Below, in pieces: positions 27,561-32,000 of a DNA stretch of 32,000 nucleotides. How positions within the stretch are numbered: the first letter of the stretch is position 1; each line of letters starts with the position of its first letter. The DNA comes from an uncultured archaeon (lineage in GTDB: Archaea; Iainarchaeota; Iainarchaeia; Iainarchaeales; DATDZZ01): NCBI GenBank assembly GCA_964373795.1, contig CAYJVY010000003.1:59383-91382 (forward strand), written 5' to 3'. Under the pieces are notes generated by a model. The model was not told the DNA's origin and made no database searches. It saw nothing but the letters and a program-made list of their open reading frames with translations. The translations under genes were made by a program, and so were the position numbers.

Positions 27561-27809
27561 TTATTTTGAACTACAAGAATCAATTACTTCTTGAGGGCAT
27601 TTTTTTAAATAACAATTTAATTCTTGATGACAAAGATTTAGAGAAATTTCTCTGGCTTTAAGTTTTTCAGGATCCTCTGCTTTAAGCAAAGGAGAAATAA
27701 ATTGAGTTCCAATAATTGTTCCAACAATTAATCCAATTAAAAGAATTGCAATCAAAATCAAATGACTTGACTGAATTGGAAGATCGTTTTCCGCAGTTAA
27801 TTTACTCAA
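27561..27809 (-). CDS. Small single-pass membrane protein with a 4-Cys C-terminal domain
   Basis: 82-codon ORF with a TTG start and the TM helix LILIAILLIGLIVGTIIG. The C-terminus is CHQELNCYLKKCPQEVIDSC. It lies on the same strand as the ABC operon, just upstream of it. Confidence 0.4.
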   Translation of the reverse strand: MSKLTAENDLPIQSSHLILIAILLIGLIVGTIIGTQFISPLLKAEDPEKLKAREISLNLCHQELNCYLKKCPQEVIDSCSSK

Positions 27810-27859
27810 TTAAATCACTGCAAAAACTAAGTGCAAACCAATTAATTAAATTAATTGTT

Positions 27860-28903
27860 TCAATTTTTTGCAATTGACAGGCTATCAAAATCAATTTTCA
27901 AATCCATGTCTTTCAAATCAGGGCGGACAAGCAGGCAAACCCTTGCAGTCTCAAATTCATCCCTGAAAAAATACCCGCTTTCACTAGCAATTTTTTTCGC
28001 AAATTCTCGAACATCGCCCATGGAAGGCATTTTATCTTCTTCTAATTTCAATCTACTTGGTCCAACCCAAGAATAACCTTTAACTTCAACAAACATTGGA
28101 TTTCCTCTTTTAATTATTGGTCCCCATTCTTTTTCATAAGACATATTTTTTCCTTTAACAGCAGTAACTCGAATAACAGTTCTAGTATTCATTTTAGCCA
28201 TTACATCCAATGACTTCATCATTTTCTCCCAAGAATCACTTTCTTGAGGTCTATTTAATTCAATATGCACTTGCTTGTTAGGAGAATCAAAACTCATATA
28301 CAACTGAGTAGGCAAAGGAATTTTCTCCAATACCTCTGGTCTAGAACCATTAGTAACTAAAAAAGTAGTAATCCCTTTATCATGATATGCTTGAATTAAT
28401 TCAGGTAACTGCTTATATAAAGTGGGCTCTCCACTCAAAGAAATTGCAACATGCTTAGGAGTATGACTTGCAAGCCATTTCTCTTTATCCACATACTGGC
28501 TTCCGCCCAAACCAGAAAGCTGTTGATTCTGCCTCTCAATTGATTCCTCAACCAATTCACTTACATCGTCTTTATACTCGATTTCGCGATTAGGAATAAC
28601 TGTCCTCCAACAATAATCACAACCATAATTACACACAGCAGTAATAGGAGTCATTTGAATACATTGATGACTTTGAATGCCGTAAAACTTCTGCTTATAA
28701 CAAGCAGTTCCGCCAGAAATAGAACTCCTAGTATAATGACAAGTCTTCACAGCTCCTAAAGCTCCAACTCTAGCATATTGCTGTCTTCTCAAAACCTTCT
28801 CCAAACCCTTAGGCAAGGTCTGAGGATCAGGCAAAACCTTTTTAGAATCCGAATTACTCTTATCTGAAATCTGAATTAATTCACTCAATTTCTCACCATT
28901 CAA
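27860..28903 (-). CDS. taw1: tRNA 4-demethylwyosine synthase Taw1/TYW1 (radical SAM)
   Basis: The radical-SAM cluster motif is CNYGCDYCW. KFYGIQSHQCIQMTP, SLSGEPTLY and the second-cluster N-terminal Cys residues match the family. The only in-frame start found is TTG at 28903, so the true start is uncertain. Confidence 0.88.
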   Translation of the reverse strand: MNGEKLSELIQISDKSNSDSKKVLPDPQTLPKGLEKVLRRQQYARVGALGAVKTCHYTRSSISGGTACYKQKFYGIQSHQCIQMTPITAVCNYGCDYCWRTVIPNREIEYKDDVSELVEESIERQNQQLSGLGGSQYVDKEKWLASHTPKHVAISLSGEPTLYKQLPELIQAYHDKGITTFLVTNGSRPEVLEKIPLPTQLYMSFDSPNKQVHIELNRPQESDSWEKMMKSLDVMAKMNTRTVIRVTAVKGKNMSYEKEWGPIIKRGNPMFVEVKGYSWVGPSRLKLEEDKMPSMGDVREFAKKIASESGYFFRDEFETARVCLLVRPDLKDMDLKIDFDSLSIAKN

Positions 28904-28904
28904 T

Positions 28905-28956
28905 CGCCGTCTCGCGCGGCGTGCGCGAGCAACTATTTGGTCGGCTTCAAAAAGCC
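28905..28956 (-). promoter_or_regulatory. GC-rich leader with mutually exclusive hairpins abutting the taw1 start codon
   Basis: CGCCG-TCTCGCG-CGGCG (28905-28921) overlaps CTCGCGC-GGCGT-GCGCGAG (28911-28929). A third hairpin is GGCTT-CAAA-AAGCC (28943-28956). Confidence 0.35.
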
Positions 28957-29088
28957 TGTTACTCTACTTATACAAATATTTCACTTAAATAAAAATATAA
29001 AACTATTCAATTACACACAAGCTAAAAAATTTATGTAGAAAAAATATTTTCCAGAAAAATGGAAAACATTGCACGAAAAAACATAATA

Positions 29089-29098
29089 TTTATATATA
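29089..29098 (+). promoter_or_regulatory. TATA-box-like element for the PRC-barrel gene
   Basis: TTTATATATA lies about 50-58 nt upstream of the GTG start. This leaves a short leader that contains the SD-like GGAGTGA (29144-29150). Confidence 0.35.
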
Positions 29099-29146
29099 GG
29101 TTACACTTTTATCTAATATCAATTTATTTTTTTTATTGGTTAAGGA

Positions 29147-29410
29147 GTGAGAAACGTGTATAAATATACTATAGCAAGACAATTAGCTACAAAAAGAGTT
29201 ATAACAAATAGAGGAGATGAAGTAGGAAAACTATTAGACTTAATAGTAAACGAGGTTTCAGGAGAAATAGAAGCACTACTAGTGGAAGTAGACAGAGACA
29301 GCAAAGTAGTACGAAAACCAGGATCAGAAAGAAACATCAGCATTCCATTTTCAGCAGTAACAGCAGTAAGCGATGTCTTCATTGTAGACGAAAGAGAACT
29401 ACCTCAATGA
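29147..29410 (+). CDS. PRC-barrel domain protein
   Basis: VITNRGDEVGKLLDLIVNEVSGEIEALLVEV...ISIPFSAVTAVSDVFIV fits the PRC-barrel pattern. The start is GTG at 29147 or the in-frame GTG at 29156, preceded by GGAGTGA. Confidence 0.75.
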   Translation: MRNVYKYTIARQLATKRVITNRGDEVGKLLDLIVNEVSGEIEALLVEVDRDSKVVRKPGSERNISIPFSAVTAVSDVFIVDERELPQ

Positions 29411-29427
29411 CTTTTTTTAACTAAAAT

Positions 29428-30573
29428 TTATTTTAAATCCAAAAAAAGTTTTTTGTTCTTCCAGTCAATTTTTTTGACTGGATTAACTAAAATAATTCTT
29501 TTATCCACAGCCAAATCAAACTTATACATAATCTCTTTTTCTGTTAAATTCTTTTCCATTCCTTTTTTAATTCCGTTAATTACTTCTTGTATAAAAGAAT
29601 AATTTGAGTAAAGCAATTCCCCTTTTTTAGTGAACTCTGCTTCTAATGCTTCAAACCTTTTTCTAGCCTGTTCTTGTTCTCTTAAACTGAATTCAAGTTT
29701 TTTCAATTCTTTTTCAAATTTTTCTTGAATTCCTTTTTTCTTATCAATTAAAACCGGTTTAGAATAAATCGAGTCAAGTGCTTCATTTAATTCCTTGAAT
29801 TCTTTTTCCGACTTAAATGCCGTTAACTTTATTGGCACTAACACTTCTTTTTTGTCTTGCAATACAATGTTTGGTCGGAATTTTTTTAAATCAATTAAAT
29901 ACAACTCATTTATTTTTTCTTTTAATGTTTGAACTTGTTTTTCGTTTACTTTTTTTGCCTGCAAATTTTTTTCAATTTTTAATTGCAGTAAAATGTCTTC
30001 AACATATATTGGAGCAATATTTATTTCCTCAATTAAGGCTCGAATTAAATCTTTTTCCGAATTTGCTAAAACCTTTTTTAAGTCCTCTTCATTTAAAGTT
30101 AAAGGATTTAAGCCTCTAGAAGGAGGTAATTCATATTTAACATTCTTTTTCAATTCTCTGTCCTTGAATTTTTCTTTTCTAAATGGAAGCAAAATATTTC
30201 CTTCCCTGTCTAATAAAATTAAGTTTCCTTCTGCAAACAATTCAATTACTAAATTGAGTTCTTGAAATTCAATTAAAATAATTCTTTCAAAAGAGTATTG
30301 CTTTATTTCTTCAATTTTTTTTCCAATTAAATGTTTTTTTAAAAACAATCCATATCCATGAGGAAAAGCCGGAGCTTCAAACTTGAATTCAGTTAAATAA
30401 ATTACTGGATTTTTTTGCAAATTAATAATTAAATCTTTAGAGCCTTTTACAGTTCGCAGTTTGAATTTGAAAACGCTTTCCTCTACTTCTTGAATCTTGT
30501 TAATAAATGCCCCTCTAAGAAGAGGTTTGAGTTCTTCAACCAGGTAAGCCAGAGTTAAATTATTTAATTGCAT
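29428..30573 (-). CDS. NFACT-N family protein (Rqc2/RqcH/FbpA-like), short form
   Basis: MQLNNLTLAYLVEELKPLL..., EGNLILLDREGNILLPF and VKYELPPSRGLNPL match the NFACT-N domain. The internal ATG at 30573 is preferred over the listed start at 30657, which would overlap the divergent CYTH gene. Confidence 0.75.
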   Translation of the reverse strand: MQLNNLTLAYLVEELKPLLRGAFINKIQEVEESVFKFKLRTVKGSKDLIINLQKNPVIYLTEFKFEAPAFPHGYGLFLKKHLIGKKIEEIKQYSFERIILIEFQELNLVIELFAEGNLILLDREGNILLPFRKEKFKDRELKKNVKYELPPSRGLNPLTLNEEDLKKVLANSEKDLIRALIEEINIAPIYVEDILLQLKIEKNLQAKKVNEKQVQTLKEKINELYLIDLKKFRPNIVLQDKKEVLVPIKLTAFKSEKEFKELNEALDSIYSKPVLIDKKKGIQEKFEKELKKLEFSLREQEQARKRFEALEAEFTKKGELLYSNYSFIQEVINGIKKGMEKNLTEKEIMYKFDLAVDKRIILVNPVKKIDWKNKKLFLDLK

Positions 30574-30625
30574 TAATAAATGGTTTCTGAAAACAAATTT
30601 AAAGCCTTTCAATAAAGAATTTATA

Positions 30626-31177
30626 ATGCCAAAGACATGGAAGGAAACAGAATTCAAATTTCCAGTTCAAAGCTTTACAAGAATTAAAAAACTGCTTAAA
30701 AAGCTTAAAGCAAAAAGACTTGGAAAAGAATTCGAATACAATGAATTATTTGATTTTTCAGACAAACGATTGCGAAAAAAAAAGCAAGTAATAAGACTAA
30801 GAAAAGCTGGAAAAAATTTTTTAACATTCAAGGGAAAAACAATTCATCACAATACTCTGCGGGTCAGAGAAGAACGCGAACTAGAAATAGAAGACTTCTA
30901 CATAATGAAGTTTGTTCTTGAAAAACTCGGCTTAAAAAAATGGTTTGCCTATGAAAAATATAGGGAAACCTTTTACTTGAATGGAGCGGAAATTGTTTTA
31001 GATGAACTTCCTTTTGGCAAATTTATTGAAATAGAAGGCTCTAAAAGCATGGTTTTAAAAATAGCTAAGTCTTTAGAAATGGATTTAAAAACCGCTCTGA
31101 AAAATAATTACTTAGAATTATGGCAACAGATTTGTTTAAAGGAAAAGAAAAAATTTTCAGATTTATTGTTTAAATAA
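30626..31177 (+). CDS. CYTH domain protein (class IV adenylate cyclase/triphosphatase fold)
   Basis: The N-terminal ExExK-like motif is ETEFKF. RLRK...FKGK, REERELEIED and VLDELPFGKFIEIEG are also present. Confidence 0.8.
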   Translation: MPKTWKETEFKFPVQSFTRIKKLLKKLKAKRLGKEFEYNELFDFSDKRLRKKKQVIRLRKAGKNFLTFKGKTIHHNTLRVREERELEIEDFYIMKFVLEKLGLKKWFAYEKYRETFYLNGAEIVLDELPFGKFIEIEGSKSMVLKIAKSLEMDLKTALKNNYLELWQQICLKEKKKFSDLLFK

Positions 31178-31212
31178 TTTTTTTCTAAGACTTGAATTTT
31201 TGAAGGGTTTTA

Positions 31213-32000
31213 ATGGCTTTAGATAAAGTTTCACTTGAAAATGGTTTAAGGGTTTTGCTTGACTTTCAGGAAACTGAAACTGTTTCAGTTTTTTGCCTTG
31301 TAAGAGTTGGCTCTGATATTGAAGATGCAAAGGTTAGCGGAGTTTCTCATTTTTTGGAACACGTTTTATTTAATGGCCCGGAACATTTAACTAAAAAAGA
31401 TTTAAGTGAAAGAATTGATTCAATTGGAGGAGAAATTAATGCTTTCACTTCAAATAAAATTACTGTTTTCTATGTTAAAGTGTTATCTAAATATTTTGAT
31501 AAAGCGTTTCAAACAATTGAAGACCTTATCTTGAATACTTTTTTTAAAGAACAAGAAATAGAGGATGAAAAAAAAATTATTTTAAGCGAAATAAATCAAA
31601 CCAAGGATAACCCTGAAAGAATTATTTTTGATTACTTGCAGGAAGAAATGTTTCCAAACCATCCTTATGGGAAGCACGTAATTGGCACTGAAGAAACAGT
31701 TAAAAAAATGACTAAAAAAGATATTGAAAACCATTTCAAAAAATACTATGTTCCAAACAACATGGTTTTAGGTATTTCAGGAAAATTTGATAAAGAAGAA
31801 GTATTAAAAAAAATCCAGGGAACTTTTGGTAAGAGAGAGAAAACTGATTTACAAGAAGAGTTTTTTCCAATTCCTAAAAAGATTTTGAAACAAAAAATTG
31901 AGGAAAGAGATTTAAATGCAACTCACTTGGGTTTAGCTTTAAGAGTAATGAACTCTAAATCAAGCGAAGCTTATGCAATGAATTTAATTAATGCAATTTT
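31213..32000 (+). CDS. M16 (pitrilysin/insulinase) family zinc peptidase, N-terminal part (3' end lies outside the window)
   Basis: ATG at 31213 opens a frame that runs to the window edge. The inverted zinc motif HxxEH is present in GVSHFLEHVLFNG, followed by EINAFTS and HPYG. Confidence 0.8.
   Translation, partial: MALDKVSLENGLRVLLDFQETETVSVFCLVRVGSDIEDAKVSGVSHFLEHVLFNGPEHLTKKDLSERIDSIGGEINAFTSNKITVFYVKVLSKYFDKAFQTIEDLILNTFFKEQEIEDEKKIILSEINQTKDNPERIIFDYLQEEMFPNHPYGKHVIGTEETVKKMTKKDIENHFKKYYVPNNMVLGISGKFDKEEVLKKIQGTFGKREKTDLQEEFFPIPKKILKQKIEERDLNATHLGLALRVMNSKSSEAYAMNLINAI

Noticed and set aside
29047-29066. The TTTTCCA-N6-TGGAAAA dyad interpreted as a replication origin recognition box.
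   Set aside because: It is a single copy with no inverted second ORB and no obvious unwinding element bracketed by repeats. It lies about 10 kb from the only Orc1/Cdc6 gene in the window.
29140-29382. 80-codon minus-strand ORF opposite the PRC-barrel gene.
   Set aside because: Its translation is S/T-rich and low in complexity, with no motif. The plus-strand translation fits the PRC-barrel domain pattern and has SD-like and TATA-like signals.
30574-30657. 28-codon N-terminal extension of the NFACT ORF (the listed start at 30657).
   Set aside because: The extension would overlap the divergent CYTH gene start and remove any promoter space. The NFACT-N domain begins at the internal MQLNNLTLAYL.

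Overview
Strongly AT-rich archaeal chromosomal segment, with a gene set and compact layout typical of a small-genome DPANN-type archaeon. That lineage call is inference only. Recognisable housekeeping genes are TruD (5'-truncated), ValRS, KEOPS kinase Bud32, ribosomal proteins S15 and S3Ae, and a DUF92 membrane protein. Also present are a solo B3/4-domain protein, SppA, CDP-archaeol synthase CarS, a small archaeosortase-family protein and SecF/SecD. Further along are a NOG1-type GTPase, Hel308, Orc1/Cdc6, AMMECR1, an ABC ATPase with a YhgE/Pip-like ABC-2 permease, and Taw1/TYW1. The window ends with a PRC-barrel protein, a short NFACT (RqcH-like) protein, a CYTH protein and a 3'-truncated M16 peptidase. 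I found no rRNA, canonical tRNA, CRISPR array, transposase or integrase. The least ordinary content falls into three groups. (1) Three short, very GC-rich, hairpin-dense intergenic islands lie in otherwise AT-rich DNA. The largest (about 170 nt, 27293-27466) abuts the ribosome-binding site of the ABC operon and has alternative pairings typical of a riboswitch or attenuator. It shares an identical 12-mer and stem sequences with a smaller island in front of taw1. (2) An orphan 1380-aa coiled-coil envelope protein lies beside the coiled-coil-bearing ABC-2 transporter and small secreted or membrane proteins. (3) A secretion and anchoring neighbourhood (sppA, carS, archaeosortase, secFD) may have a substrate elsewhere in the window, a protein with a C-terminal sorting-signal-like tail. 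All functional calls rest on motif recognition by eye, because no searches could be run.
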